Assembly: GCA_964606845.1 (NCBI GenBank)
Contig: CAZSIC010000002.1
Coordinates: 17,609-81,608 of the forward strand
Reading direction: 5' to 3'
DNA from: an uncultured Bacteroidales bacterium
GTDB taxonomy: Bacteria > Bacteroidota > Bacteroidia > Bacteroidales > UBA12077
DNA: 64,000 nucleotides
The position numbers and the translations under genes were made by a program. Positions 27,640-37,782 of this stretch are shown piece after piece. Every line of letters begins with the position of its first letter. Within the stretch, counting starts at the first letter, position 1. The notes under the pieces were generated by a model. That model made no database searches, was not told the DNA's origin, and saw nothing but the letters and a program-made list of their open reading frames with translations.

Positions 27640-29475
27640 TTAACGATTCATATAATCGTTGGAAAGTATCTGAAGAAATGCTTTCCCATTTTCTAAATCA
27701 TTGGTAATATGTTCACCTTCCTGATATAAAATTTGCTTACCTATATTATCATAAACTACTTTTGTAGAATCGGTTACAAAACCAAAACCATCATTAAAAA
27801 CATAAAATACATATCCGGAATAATTAGCGTTTAAGATATTTTTACTATATGTATATGATGAATCGTAGGATGAAATCTGGCTTAATAAAGTATTGGGCAG
27901 GTCAATCTGCGAAGCTGACTCATTTATAACCATTTGATCAGATTTTAAAGCGCCTCCCAACCATAACATGGGTATTTGAAATTTATCTAATTCATGATTC
28001 TGAGAATTTCCCGGACGTGGGCTTCCGTGATCAGCCAATAATATAAATAATGTGTTATCCCAAATTTCTGTTTTTTTAATTTTACGGAAGAAATCACCTA
28101 ACCAACGATCGGTATAATAAATTGAATTTCTAAATTTTGTTGCCCTATCGTAACCATCAAAAAAGGGTTCCATAGGAATTTCAAAGGGATCATGGCTGCT
28201 AAGCGTAAAAACAACCTTAAAAAAAGGTTCCCGGGATTTTAACATATTATCATAAAGATAAGTAAATAGGTACTCATCGTGTACACCCCATTTAGAGTTT
28301 CTAAGTTTTTTATCAAACTGCCGGTCGGTTACTAAATGCTGTACTTCTCCATTCAAAAAATAAGAACGCATATTTGCGAAGTCTATATTTCCGCCATAAT
28401 AAAACCACGATTCGTAACCCAGTTTATTAAAGTTTTTAAACAGAAATGGCAATGATTCTGTTTTACTTGATGTTTTTATGATTGAAGTGGTAGGCTGAGC
28501 AGGGTAACCACTTAGAATCGAAACGATGCCTTTATCACTTCTGTCGCCATTGGCATAAAAATTAGTAAACAATAATCCTTCTTTTGCCAATTCATTAAAA
28601 TTTGGTGTTGAATCCCACGCTCCTCCTAATGCTCCAATAACTTTATTTGAAAAACTTTCGAGAATTAAAATGACGACATTAGGTTGATTTGCTTCTAACA
28701 CTTTCAAAGTATCTCCTTTATGAAAAGATAAATTATTTACAATTTGTTCAGCCTTTTCATCAGGCATAAAATGATAGGTTTTTTCAGTATTTTTTCTATA
28801 AAGCAGAGAATTCATTACATTCCAAACCACATTAACCGCAGCATGGTTAGCAAATTTATGCTGGCTAAAATAAACCATCCCTGTATTAACCGGAGCAATA
28901 CCAAAACTGGCACGAATAGGTAAAATCATACTACCAGTAAGCAAAATCAATAAAGTTAACGTAAAAAAGTTACCTTGCTTTATGGATAAAATTTTTTGTT
29001 TGAGAAATTTATTATAAAAATAATTTCCAAAAAATATAAGTATTGCAATAAATAATAAAAGGATTATCGTAAGCCACCACTCAGTAGAAGCTATTGCTTC
29101 TTTTGGTTTGGTAATATAGAGTAAAGGAGTTGCATCCATGCGGTATCCCCAGTTTTTGTACAATTCTAAATCGGTAACAATTATTACAGAAGAAACTGTA
29201 AATAAAATCAGGGTAAAAGGTTTTAAAATCTTGTGAATAATCTTTCCATCAAGAAAAAAAGTAAATATTAATATTAAACCTGTTACCCCTAAAATGTATC
29301 CAACAGAGGAGATATCTAAACGAATACCATAAAAAAAACTAAGTAACCATTCATTAAAAAATAAGTCGAATGAAAATTGATATTGATAAAAAAGAAAAAA
29401 AAGCCTTGCTGCTAAAAAAAATATTAACCAGTATAATGCATAAGTAACAAAGAATTTTAATCGGTGTTTCATCAT
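27640..29475 (-). CDS. LTA-synthase/sulfatase-family membrane phosphotransferase (paralog 1)
   Basis: About 5 N-terminal TM helices are followed by an alkaline-phosphatase-superfamily domain (ILESFS, GDRSDKG, LLADHGSP). Confidence 0.8.
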   Translation of the reverse strand: MMKHRLKFFVTYALYWLIFFLAARLFFLFYQYQFSFDLFFNEWLLSFFYGIRLDISSVGYILGVTGLILIFTFFLDGKIIHKILKPFTLILFTVSSVIIVTDLELYKNWGYRMDATPLLYITKPKEAIASTEWWLTIILLLFIAILIFFGNYFYNKFLKQKILSIKQGNFFTLTLLILLTGSMILPIRASFGIAPVNTGMVYFSQHKFANHAAVNVVWNVMNSLLYRKNTEKTYHFMPDEKAEQIVNNLSFHKGDTLKVLEANQPNVVILILESFSNKVIGALGGAWDSTPNFNELAKEGLLFTNFYANGDRSDKGIVSILSGYPAQPTTSIIKTSSKTESLPFLFKNFNKLGYESWFYYGGNIDFANMRSYFLNGEVQHLVTDRQFDKKLRNSKWGVHDEYLFTYLYDNMLKSREPFFKVVFTLSSHDPFEIPMEPFFDGYDRATKFRNSIYYTDRWLGDFFRKIKKTEIWDNTLFILLADHGSPRPGNSQNHELDKFQIPMLWLGGALKSDQMVINESASQIDLPNTLLSQISSYDSSYTYSKNILNANYSGYVFYVFNDGFGFVTDSTKVVYDNIGKQILYQEGEHITNDLENGKAFLQILSNDYMNR

Positions 29476-29556
29476 CTTTTAAAAATAAGTTTATGCAAAT
29501 GTAAAATTATTGTTAAATTAGTTTCATTATTTATTCAAAATTAAATATTATCTATC

Positions 29557-30534
29557 ATGAAAAATCTATTTAAATTGCTTGCTATTTTTAGTGTTACCTT
29601 ATTAATATTTTATTCGTGCACAAATAAAGAAAAGCCCACACAGCCTGAATATGTTATTGTAATTCATGGAGGTGCAGGTAATGCATCAAATCGAAATATT
29701 AATGAAGAAAAACAACAACTTTATAAAGAAAAGCTAACCGAAGCCTTAGCTATTGGTGAAAAAATTCTTGCCGAAGGCGGGACAAGTATCGATGCCATTG
29801 AAAAAACAATAAATTACCTTGAAGATTGTCCATTATTTAATGCAGGTAAAGGAGCTGTATTTACACACGAAGGAACAAACGAAATGGATGCTTCCATTAT
29901 GGATGGCAGCAACTTAAATGCAGGAGCTGTTGCAGGTGTTGGCGATATTAAAAATCCAATATCAGCAGCAATAAAAGTAATGAATGAATCAGAACATGTA
30001 ATGTTGGCAGGTAAAGGAGCTTCAGATTTTGCCCGGTTAATGGAATTAGAAATTGTTGACTCATCCTATTTCCAAACCCAAAACCGATGGGAAAGTTTAC
30101 AAAAAATTTTAAAAGCAGAAAAACATGGAACGGTTGGATGTGTGGCTTTGGATAAAAACGGAAACCTGGCTGCAGGAACTTCAACAGGTGGCAGAACAAA
30201 TAAAAGATTTGGACGAATAGGTGACTCGCCAGTTATAGGAGCCGGAAATTATGCCAACAACAATACTTGTGCTGTATCAGCAACAGGACATGGAGAATTT
30301 TTTATCAGATATATGGTAGCCCATGATATTTCTGCCTTAATGGAATACAAAAATATGAGTTTACAAGATGCTGCTGACTTGGTTATTAATAAAAAACTTG
30401 CAAAAGTTGGTGGCGATGGTGGAATTATTGCTGTTGATAAAAATGGCAATATTGCGATGCCATTTAATACCAATATGATGTTCAGGGCTTACAGCAAATC
30501 AACAGGCGAAAAAGAAATTGCTATATTCAAATAA
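29557..30534 (+). CDS. Isoaspartyl peptidase / L-asparaginase (Ntn hydrolase), lipoprotein
   Basis: VIHGGAG, the autoprocessing site HGTVGCVALD and a GAG segment (SPVIGAGNYA). Lipobox IFYSC. Confidence 0.88.
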   Translation: MKNLFKLLAIFSVTLLIFYSCTNKEKPTQPEYVIVIHGGAGNASNRNINEEKQQLYKEKLTEALAIGEKILAEGGTSIDAIEKTINYLEDCPLFNAGKGAVFTHEGTNEMDASIMDGSNLNAGAVAGVGDIKNPISAAIKVMNESEHVMLAGKGASDFARLMELEIVDSSYFQTQNRWESLQKILKAEKHGTVGCVALDKNGNLAAGTSTGGRTNKRFGRIGDSPVIGAGNYANNNTCAVSATGHGEFFIRYMVAHDISALMEYKNMSLQDAADLVINKKLAKVGGDGGIIAVDKNGNIAMPFNTNMMFRAYSKSTGEKEIAIFK

Positions 30535-30727
30535 TTGAAGCAAATTAAAATGCTCAAAAAGAGCGTGTCAAAAAAGTCAATTCTTCGCAAAAAAGACAAA
30601 GTATAAAGTTTATTATATTTACGTTTTGCGATTTTAGCAATTCATCTGCATACTTTGCATAAACTTATTAATTATACTTTTTAGACACTCTCTTTTTTGT
30701 TTTACGTAATATTTTTTTAAAAAAATC

Positions 30728-32347
30728 ATGAAAAAGGCACTTTTATTTTTATTAACCTTTTGTTTATCATTGGGGTTACTAGCACAGAATGAAAAACCAG
30801 TATATGGTAATAACAAAGCCGATCAACACGACTGGTTTAATTTATCACCCATTGATGACCAAATTTATGGCGCCGAAATTGATAAAGCTTACCAGCTTTT
30901 AAAAGATAAAAAACCAAATCCGGTGATTGTAGCTGTTATTGATGGAGGTATTGATATCCACCACGAAGATTTATGGGAAAACATTTGGATAAATGAAGGT
31001 GAGATACCGGATAACGGAATTGATGATGATAAAAATAGATATATTGATGATATCCACGGATGGAATTTTTTGGGTAATTCAGAAGGAAAGAATATTGCTT
31101 ATGAGAATCTTGAAATTACGCGTATCTATAAAAAATACAACCAAAAGTTTAGCGATATTAATAAGGGGCAATTAAATGAGAAAGATAAAAAGCTTTATGA
31201 ACTTTACAAAGATGCTGAAAAAAGATATAACAAGAGTTTGAAAAATGCCAAACGCCAAAAAGAAGGTTTTTTAAAGTATAAAAACAAATACTACGATGCT
31301 TATCAAACCGTTGCAAATGTTTTACAAAAAGATTCTATCGAAATAAGTGATCTGGATAGTTTAAAAGAAGGTAAAAAGAAATATAAAAAAGAGATTAAAA
31401 CCATTTATAACTTTGTAAAATATGGTATTAATGATGAAGTTTTCGAAGAAATCGAATCTCATATTGATGTAGCTTTAGATTATCATCTAAACTTAGATTA
31501 TAACCCAAGATCGATTATTGGCGATGATATAACAGATATTAATGAACATTACGGGAATAATAATGTTTATGGGCCTCAAGCCGATCACGGAACCTTTGTA
31601 GCTGGTATTATAGCAGCCAAAAGAGATAATGAAATCGGGATAAATGGCATTGCCAATCAAGTAAAAATTATGGCGCTTAAAGTTGTGCCCGATGGAGACG
31701 AAAGAGATAAAGATGTTGCAAAAGCAATACGGTATGCTGCAGATAACGGAGCACAAATTATTAATATGAGTTTTGGCAAAGACTTATCGCCGTATAAATA
31801 TTTAGTTGATGAAGCGGTTTTATATGCACAGGAAAAGGGCGTTTTATTAGTACATGCAGCAGGTAACGATGCCAATAATATCGATAAAGTAAAACAGTAT
31901 CCTACAAAAATAATTGATGAAAACACTTTTATAGATTCCTGGATTACAGTTGGAGCAAACACTAAATTTTTAGATAAAGGTTTCGCAGCCACCTTTACCA
32001 ATTACGGAAATAAAATGGTGGATATTTTTGCACCGGGTGTAAGGATCAAATCTCTTTCGCCAGAAAATGATTATATGATTGCTGATGGAACCAGTTTTTC
32101 GTCACCGGTTGTTTCGGGTGTTGCTGCTCTGCTCCTGTCCTATTACCCTGAATTAACAGCCTCAGAATTAAAAAAAATTATAAAAGATTCTGCATTACAA
32201 TATCCTGATACAAAAGTTTATAAACCCAAAAACAGGATGAAATTAATCAAATGGAAAACTAAGTTTAAAAAATTATCTTCAACAGGAGGAATTGTAAGTG
32301 CATACAAAGCTATTCAGTTAATTGAAGAACAATATAAAAATGAATAA
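30728..32347 (+). CDS. S8 (subtilisin-family) serine peptidase with signal peptide
   Basis: Catalytic triad contexts VAVIDGGID, DHGTFVAGII and GTSFSSPVVSG. Confidence 0.9.
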   Translation: MKKALLFLLTFCLSLGLLAQNEKPVYGNNKADQHDWFNLSPIDDQIYGAEIDKAYQLLKDKKPNPVIVAVIDGGIDIHHEDLWENIWINEGEIPDNGIDDDKNRYIDDIHGWNFLGNSEGKNIAYENLEITRIYKKYNQKFSDINKGQLNEKDKKLYELYKDAEKRYNKSLKNAKRQKEGFLKYKNKYYDAYQTVANVLQKDSIEISDLDSLKEGKKKYKKEIKTIYNFVKYGINDEVFEEIESHIDVALDYHLNLDYNPRSIIGDDITDINEHYGNNNVYGPQADHGTFVAGIIAAKRDNEIGINGIANQVKIMALKVVPDGDERDKDVAKAIRYAADNGAQIINMSFGKDLSPYKYLVDEAVLYAQEKGVLLVHAAGNDANNIDKVKQYPTKIIDENTFIDSWITVGANTKFLDKGFAATFTNYGNKMVDIFAPGVRIKSLSPENDYMIADGTSFSSPVVSGVAALLLSYYPELTASELKKIIKDSALQYPDTKVYKPKNRMKLIKWKTKFKKLSSTGGIVSAYKAIQLIEEQYKNE

Positions 32348-32900
32348 AAGGCAGCAAATCATAGATGCGACCATTAAATTAATTTCAGAGATGGGATTAT
32401 ATGGTACATCTATGGCATTGATTATTAAAGAGTCAAATGTTGCAGCTGGCACAATTTATCACTACTTTAAAAGTAAAGATGATTTAATACATACTATATA
32501 CTCGGAATTAAAAGAAGAAATGGGTACTGCCTTTATTCAAAATATGGATAGTTCCTTAACTTTTAAAGAAAACTTTTTCATAATCTGGCATAACCTTTTT
32601 TATTTTTTTTATGATAATCCTAAAAAGTTTGAGTTCCTGCAACATTTTTCCAATTCGCCTTTGGTAAAAAATATAGTAAAAGAATTGAACCAAAGGCATT
32701 ATCAACCAGCTATCGATTTTATTCAAAAAGGAATTGATTTAGGCGTTTTAAGAGATTTACCGGTACATTTTATAATCAACTTAATATTTGGCCAAGTTTC
32801 GGTAATAACCCGAATGATTTTCCTGGAAGCAATTATTTTTTCAGATTCGTTGCTTCAAAAAGCCATTCAGTCAAGTTGGGATAGCGTTCGCATAAACTAA
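32340..32900 (+). CDS. TetR/AcrR-family transcriptional regulator
   Basis: N-terminal HTH IIDATIKLISEMGLYGTSMALIIKESNVAAGTIYHYF. I start it at the ATG at 32340, which overlaps the S8 gene end by 8 nt. The track start is a TTG. Confidence 0.85.
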   Translation: MNKRQQIIDATIKLISEMGLYGTSMALIIKESNVAAGTIYHYFKSKDDLIHTIYSELKEEMGTAFIQNMDSSLTFKENFFIIWHNLFYFFYDNPKKFEFLQHFSNSPLVKNIVKELNQRHYQPAIDFIQKGIDLGVLRDLPVHFIINLIFGQVSVITRMIFLEAIIFSDSLLQKAIQSSWDSVRIN

Positions 32901-32949
32901 AGAAGAGATGATATCATTACCATCTCTTCAAAATATAGTGATTAAATTT

Positions 32950-33111
32950 TTAGTCTAAAGGTTCGTAATCCTTTTTAGAAACTCCACAAACTGGACATTT
33001 CCAATCATCCGGAATATCTTCAAAAGGTGTTCCGGGTTCAATGCCTCCTTTTGGGTCTCCAATTTCTGGGTCGTAGATATGACCACATACTTTACATTTG
33101 TATTTTTTCAT
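32950..33111 (-). CDS. Rubredoxin
   Basis: Below the track cutoff. My translation is [53 protein letters not shown], with two CxxCG knuckles and a canonical rubredoxin core. Confidence 0.92.
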   Translation of the reverse strand: MKKYKCKVCGHIYDPEIGDPKGGIEPGTPFEDIPDDWKCPVCGVSKKDYEPLD

Positions 33112-33123
33112 AATATATCAGTT

Positions 33124-34626
33124 TTACATTAAAAAACTTAACAAAATACCAGCACCAACTGCCGAACCAATTACACCTGAAACATTTGGAGCCATTGCAT
33201 GCATTAACAAGTGGTTTGTAGGATCAGCTTTTAAACCTTCGTGCTGAACTACACGGGCACTATCCGGAACAGCTGAAACACCTGATGCTCCGATTAGTGG
33301 ATTGATTTTATCATCTCCTTTAAGGAATAGATTCATCAATTTAGCAAAAAGTAAACCACCAGAAGTCGCAATCATGAATGATAATGCACCTAAACCAAAA
33401 ATCATTAACGATTGTTGTGTAAGAAAAACATCGGCCTGTGTAGATGCTCCCACAGTAAGTCCCAATAAAATAGTAACTATATCGATTAAAGAATTACTCG
33501 CTGTATCAGCTAATCTACGGGTAACTGTTGATTCTTTTAATAAATTACCAAAAAATAACATTCCTAATAATGGAAGTGAACTTGGCGAAATATATGCTGT
33601 TAATAACAAACCTACAATAGGAAACATTATTTTCTCAAGTTTTGACACCGCTCTTGGTGGTTTCATTCTTATTAACCGTTCTTTTTTTGAAGTAAACAAC
33701 TTCATAAACGGGGGTTGAATAATTGGAACCAACGCCATATATGAATAAGCAGCAATTGCAATAGGGCCAATTAAATGAGGAGCCAGTTTAGAAGATAAGA
33801 AGATTGCTGTTGGCCCGTCGGCACCACCAATAATTCCAATGGCACCAGATTCTGCAGGAGTAAAACCAAGCACTAAAGCACCTAAAAATGTTAAAAAGAT
33901 ACCTACTTGTGCAGCAGCACCCAATATCATTAACCTGGGATTTGAAATAAGTGATGAAAAATCAGTCATAGCGCCAATACCAAGAAAAATAAGTGGTGGA
34001 TAAATTCCCTGTCGAACACCAAAGTAGAGATAATTCATCACACTGCCTTCCTCATAAATTCCTAATTGCAGATTAAAACCTTCGGCCTGGAAAAAAGGAA
34101 TATTTCCAATAATAATACCAAATCCGATGGGTATTAAAAGCAAAGGTTCGTAATTATATCTAATAGCAAGGAAAATAAAGAATATACCAACAATAATCAT
34201 CATGATATGGCCGGGAGTTGCATTAGATACACCGGTATATTCATAAAAATTCATTAATCCGGCCATCGCTCCCGAATGATTATTAAATGCATCACCATCA
34301 ATCACTAACTGATCTTTCTGTAAATGGCCTGTTTTAGGCAGTATTTCTTGACTACTGAATTCCAGGTAAATACAATTATCAATCACCTGCCATTCTCCGG
34401 GAAATTTTGTTTTAATGGAATCGAAAACAAAAGTTTGATCAGCATTAAACCTTATCGATTTATATCTTTCAACGGTTCTATCGCTTTCGGCGCTGACTTT
34501 GTATCCACCAGATTTATTAACCCATTTACCTTTTGTTAATATTTTATCTAAATCATCAGCATTTGCAGATGAAATTCCGGAAAAGACCAAAACAAATGCA
34601 GAAATGATTAACCAAAATTTTTTCAT
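33124..34626 (-). CDS. mmdB: Na+-translocating decarboxylase beta subunit (OadB/MmdB family) with an extra N-terminal exported domain
   Basis: From about aa 115 it matches the OadB start (YEPLLLIPIGFG...) and continues through the polytopic domain. Residues 1-115 are a signal peptide plus a soluble beta-rich domain. Confidence 0.88.
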   Translation of the reverse strand: MKKFWLIISAFVLVFSGISSANADDLDKILTKGKWVNKSGGYKVSAESDRTVERYKSIRFNADQTFVFDSIKTKFPGEWQVIDNCIYLEFSSQEILPKTGHLQKDQLVIDGDAFNNHSGAMAGLMNFYEYTGVSNATPGHIMMIIVGIFFIFLAIRYNYEPLLLIPIGFGIIIGNIPFFQAEGFNLQLGIYEEGSVMNYLYFGVRQGIYPPLIFLGIGAMTDFSSLISNPRLMILGAAAQVGIFLTFLGALVLGFTPAESGAIGIIGGADGPTAIFLSSKLAPHLIGPIAIAAYSYMALVPIIQPPFMKLFTSKKERLIRMKPPRAVSKLEKIMFPIVGLLLTAYISPSSLPLLGMLFFGNLLKESTVTRRLADTASNSLIDIVTILLGLTVGASTQADVFLTQQSLMIFGLGALSFMIATSGGLLFAKLMNLFLKGDDKINPLIGASGVSAVPDSARVVQHEGLKADPTNHLLMHAMAPNVSGVIGSAVGAGILLSFLM

Positions 34627-34660
34627 AATGATGTATAAAATTATTTACGCTGATTATTAA

Positions 34661-35089
34661 CTATTCTATTTCGGCTAAAACATCGTTTTGTAGAACAGCA
34701 TCACCTTCTTTAACTTTTATGCTAGAAATCTTGCCATCTTTTTCTGACTGGATGTTATTTTCCATTTTCATGGCTTCCATAATTATAATGGTTTCGCCTT
34801 TTTTCACTTCGTCACCTTCTTGTTTTAAAATCTTAAATATATTACCAGGCAATGGAGCATTAAGGGTATATGCCCTGCTACTAACCGATTTCTTAATCTT
34901 ACTATCCTTTCGGTCGACCGGAATATTTGATCTAATAAGTTTTGGTGTTTTGGTAGTTTTCGTTTCTTTCTGATGGACTTCTACTTCATATTGAGTCCCG
35001 TTTACTTCAACTATTGCGATATTATCTTCGTAGTCTTTTATTTCAACATCGTAGTCGTTACCGCGAATTGTAAATTTAAATTTTTTCAT
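34661..35089 (-). CDS. mmdC: Biotin carboxyl carrier subunit of the decarboxylase
   Basis: C-terminal biotinyl domain with EAMKMEN. Confidence 0.85.
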   Translation of the reverse strand: MKKFKFTIRGNDYDVEIKDYEDNIAIVEVNGTQYEVEVHQKETKTTKTPKLIRSNIPVDRKDSKIKKSVSSRAYTLNAPLPGNIFKILKQEGDEVKKGETIIIMEAMKMENNIQSEKDGKISSIKVKEGDAVLQNDVLAEIE

Positions 35090-35098
35090 CTGTATCTT

Positions 35099-35473
35099 TT
35101 ATTTTCTGGGCCAAACTCTTAATCCATAAATTTTTGAACTCCATGGAGAATATGTTTTTCTCACACGTTTAATAGTGATTACATTGCTCTCTTCATCGTG
35201 CAATTCGCTAAAATAGAGATGCAAAGCCATAGAAATGGCAGCGCTTGTATCGCCGGGAATATGAAATTCGCTGTTGGAAATAACCGTTTGTTTCGTTTGC
35301 TGTTTTAATTTTTTCCTGGTTTGGTAATATATAATTTTGGGTGTTTGTGTAAATACGATTACAAGTAAAACCAGGGCAGCAAAAACAATCAACCAACCCA
35401 CAATGGCAATGGTTGCTCCTTGTCCGGATACAGCTGAAAAGTCAATTCCTATATTTGCTAATGTTGATATCAT
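35099..35473 (-). CDS. mmdD: OadG/MmdD-like small membrane subunit
   Basis: A single N-terminal TM helix (IAIVGWLIVFAALVLLVIVF) and its position between the carboxyltransferase and BCCP genes. Confidence 0.65.
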   Translation of the reverse strand: MISTLANIGIDFSAVSGQGATIAIVGWLIVFAALVLLVIVFTQTPKIIYYQTRKKLKQQTKQTVISNSEFHIPGDTSAAISMALHLYFSELHDEESNVITIKRVRKTYSPWSSKIYGLRVWPRK

Positions 35474-35483
35474 AGAAATATTT

Positions 35484-37043
35484 TTATAATGGAATATTTG
35501 AATGTTTTTTAGGCGGATTGATATCCTTTTTCGTTTGCAATGTTTCTAATGCACGAATGATCCTAAAACGCGAATTACGAGGTTCAATAATATCATCAAT
35601 ATATCCCAAACTTGCAGCTTGATATGGGTTAGCAAACTTTTCACGATATTCATTCTCTTTTTCAGCGATAAATTTCGCCTTTTCATCAGGATCTTCAATT
35701 TCAGCAAGTTCTCTTCCATAAAGTACTTCTACTGCACCTCGCGAACCCATAACGGCAATTTCTGCCGATGGCCATGCATAATTTATATCCCCACGTAATT
35801 GTTTTGAACTCATTACATCGTGTGCGCCTCCATAAGATTTTCGTAATGTAATCGTAATTTTAGGAACAGTAGCTTCGCCATAAGCAAACATTAATTTTGC
35901 TCCGTGAATAATAATTCCTCCATATTCCTGACTACTACCAGGTAAAAATCCGGGAACATCTACCAATGTTAAAATAGGAATATTAAAAGCATCACAAAAT
36001 CTAACAAAACGAGCAGCTTTGCGCGATGCATCAATATCTAATACGCCGGCTAAAAAGTTTGGCTGGTTGGCAACAATTCCAACTGACATGCCATCAAACT
36101 TTCCAAATCCTACTATGATATTTTTGGCATAGTGACGGTGAATTTCCAGAAACTCATTATTATCAACCAACGAATAAATGATATCAGTAACATCATATGG
36201 CTGGTTAGGATTTTCAGGAATAATTTCATTTAAAGCATCATCAAGTCTGTCGATTGGATCGGAGCATTCAATAGTTGGTGGTTCTTCCAAATTATTTTGA
36301 GGAAGGAAACTAAGCAACTTACGGATTAATAACAGTCCCTCTTCTTCATCTTCAATTTGAAAATGAGAAACGCCCGATTTTGAAGCATGAATATTTGCAC
36401 CACCCAAATCTTCGGTTGTAATATCTTCGCCGGTTACTGTTTTAACAACTTTAGGTCCTGTAACAAACATGTAACTGGAATTTTCGGTCATCATAATAAA
36501 ATCGGTAAGTGCTGGAGAGTAAACAGCACCGCCGGCACATGGGCCAAAAATAGCAGATATTTGAGGAATAACACCGGAAGCCATAATGTTGCGTTGGAAA
36601 ATTTCAGCATATCCGGCAAGGCTTGTTACACCTTCCTGAATTCTGGCTCCACCACTATCGTTAATTCCGATTACCGGAGCACCAACTTTCATGGCCATAT
36701 CCATTACTTTGCAAATTTTCTTGGCAAAAGTTTCGGATAAAGACCCTCCAAAAACTGTAAAATCCTGGGCATACAAATAAACGACACGCCCGTCGACCGT
36801 TCCGGAGCCTGTTACAACACCATCGCCCAAAATCTTTTTCTTTTCTAATCCAAAATTAGTACATCGATGGGTTACAAACATATCGAACTCTTCAAAACTA
36901 CCTTCGTCAAGTAGAATTTCAATTCGTTCGCGGGCAGTTAATTTGCCTTTTTTGTGTTGTGATTCGATTTTCTTCTCACCACCACCTAATTTGGCTTGTG
37001 CCCTTAAATCAATTAATTTTTTTATTTTATCTTGTTTATTCAT
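35484..37043 (-). CDS. mmdA: Methylmalonyl-CoA decarboxylase alpha subunit / acyl-CoA carboxyltransferase (12S type)
   Basis: 519 aa: GKLTARERI...DFTVFGGS...[11 protein letters not shown]...[12 protein letters not shown]...GGAHDVM, the typical PccB/MmdA family pattern. Confidence 0.9.
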   Translation of the reverse strand: MNKQDKIKKLIDLRAQAKLGGGEKKIESQHKKGKLTARERIEILLDEGSFEEFDMFVTHRCTNFGLEKKKILGDGVVTGSGTVDGRVVYLYAQDFTVFGGSLSETFAKKICKVMDMAMKVGAPVIGINDSGGARIQEGVTSLAGYAEIFQRNIMASGVIPQISAIFGPCAGGAVYSPALTDFIMMTENSSYMFVTGPKVVKTVTGEDITTEDLGGANIHASKSGVSHFQIEDEEEGLLLIRKLLSFLPQNNLEEPPTIECSDPIDRLDDALNEIIPENPNQPYDVTDIIYSLVDNNEFLEIHRHYAKNIIVGFGKFDGMSVGIVANQPNFLAGVLDIDASRKAARFVRFCDAFNIPILTLVDVPGFLPGSSQEYGGIIIHGAKLMFAYGEATVPKITITLRKSYGGAHDVMSSKQLRGDINYAWPSAEIAVMGSRGAVEVLYGRELAEIEDPDEKAKFIAEKENEYREKFANPYQAASLGYIDDIIEPRNSRFRIIRALETLQTKKDINPPKKHSNIPL

Positions 37044-37080
37044 CTGGATGAAATAAATTATTTAAATATGAAGTAATTTT

Positions 37081-37494
37081 TTACGATTTATTTTTATCCT
37101 CGCACAACTCGGTGAGGACACCAAAAGTTGACTTTGGATGTAGGAATGCAATATCCAACCCTTCAGCACCTTTTCGTGGTTGTTTATCAATTAGCCTAAC
37201 ACCATTTTCTTCTGCTTTTTGAAGCTTTTCTTCAATATTTTCAACGGCAAAAGCAATGTGATGTATACCCTCTCCTTTTTTCTCTATAAATTTTCCGATA
37301 GGCCCTTCGGGGTCTGTCGATTCTAGCAACTCAAGTTTTGTATCGCCAACCTGAAAAAAGGCGGTTTTTACTTTTTGGTCTTTTACCTCTTCAATGTTAT
37401 AACATGAAAGGCCTAATACTTTTTCGTAATACTTGATCGATTCATCAAGATTTTTTACAGCAATTCCGATATGTTCTATATGTGAAGGTTTCAT
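37081..37494 (-). CDS. mce: Methylmalonyl-CoA epimerase (VOC/glyoxalase fold)
   Basis: Started at the internal Met ([13 protein letters not shown]...[11 protein letters not shown]...). The resulting 137 aa fits the family size, and a promoter box lies inside the longer track ORF. Confidence 0.85.
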   Translation of the reverse strand: MKPSHIEHIGIAVKNLDESIKYYEKVLGLSCYNIEEVKDQKVKTAFFQVGDTKLELLESTDPEGPIGKFIEKKGEGIHHIAFAVENIEEKLQKAEENGVRLIDKQPRKGAEGLDIAFLHPKSTFGVLTELCEDKNKS

Positions 37495-37513
37495 AAGTAA
37501 TAATTGTTTTTTG

Positions 37514-37521
37514 CAAAAGTA
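37514..37521 (-). promoter_or_regulatory. -7 box TActTTTG for the mce-mmd operon
   Basis: The plus-strand sequence caaaagta reads TACTTTTG on the minus strand, 20 nt upstream of the ATG at 37494. Confidence 0.45.
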
Positions 37522-37730
37522 CCCATATTCAACAAATCTGACTAATATTTTTAAATCAAAATGCATGCTTAAAATATTGTTCTTTAACATATAGGTTTTA
37601 CAGCACACTTTTTTCTAACAAACAAGCAAGTTATAAAACAATTGTTTGTAATTCAACTTTTTAAATACTAAAATAATTTCAACGGACAATCATGAATAAA
37701 AAATGTTTTGGTGATTATAATTCTTCTGTA

Positions 37731-37738
37731 TATTTTTG
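37731..37738 (+). promoter_or_regulatory. -7 box TAttTTTG
   Basis: TAnnTTTG match, 45 nt upstream of the ATG at 37783. Confidence 0.3.
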
Positions 37739-37782
37739 TCATTTTTGTGATAACAAAGATATTATAAGTGATACATTAGATC

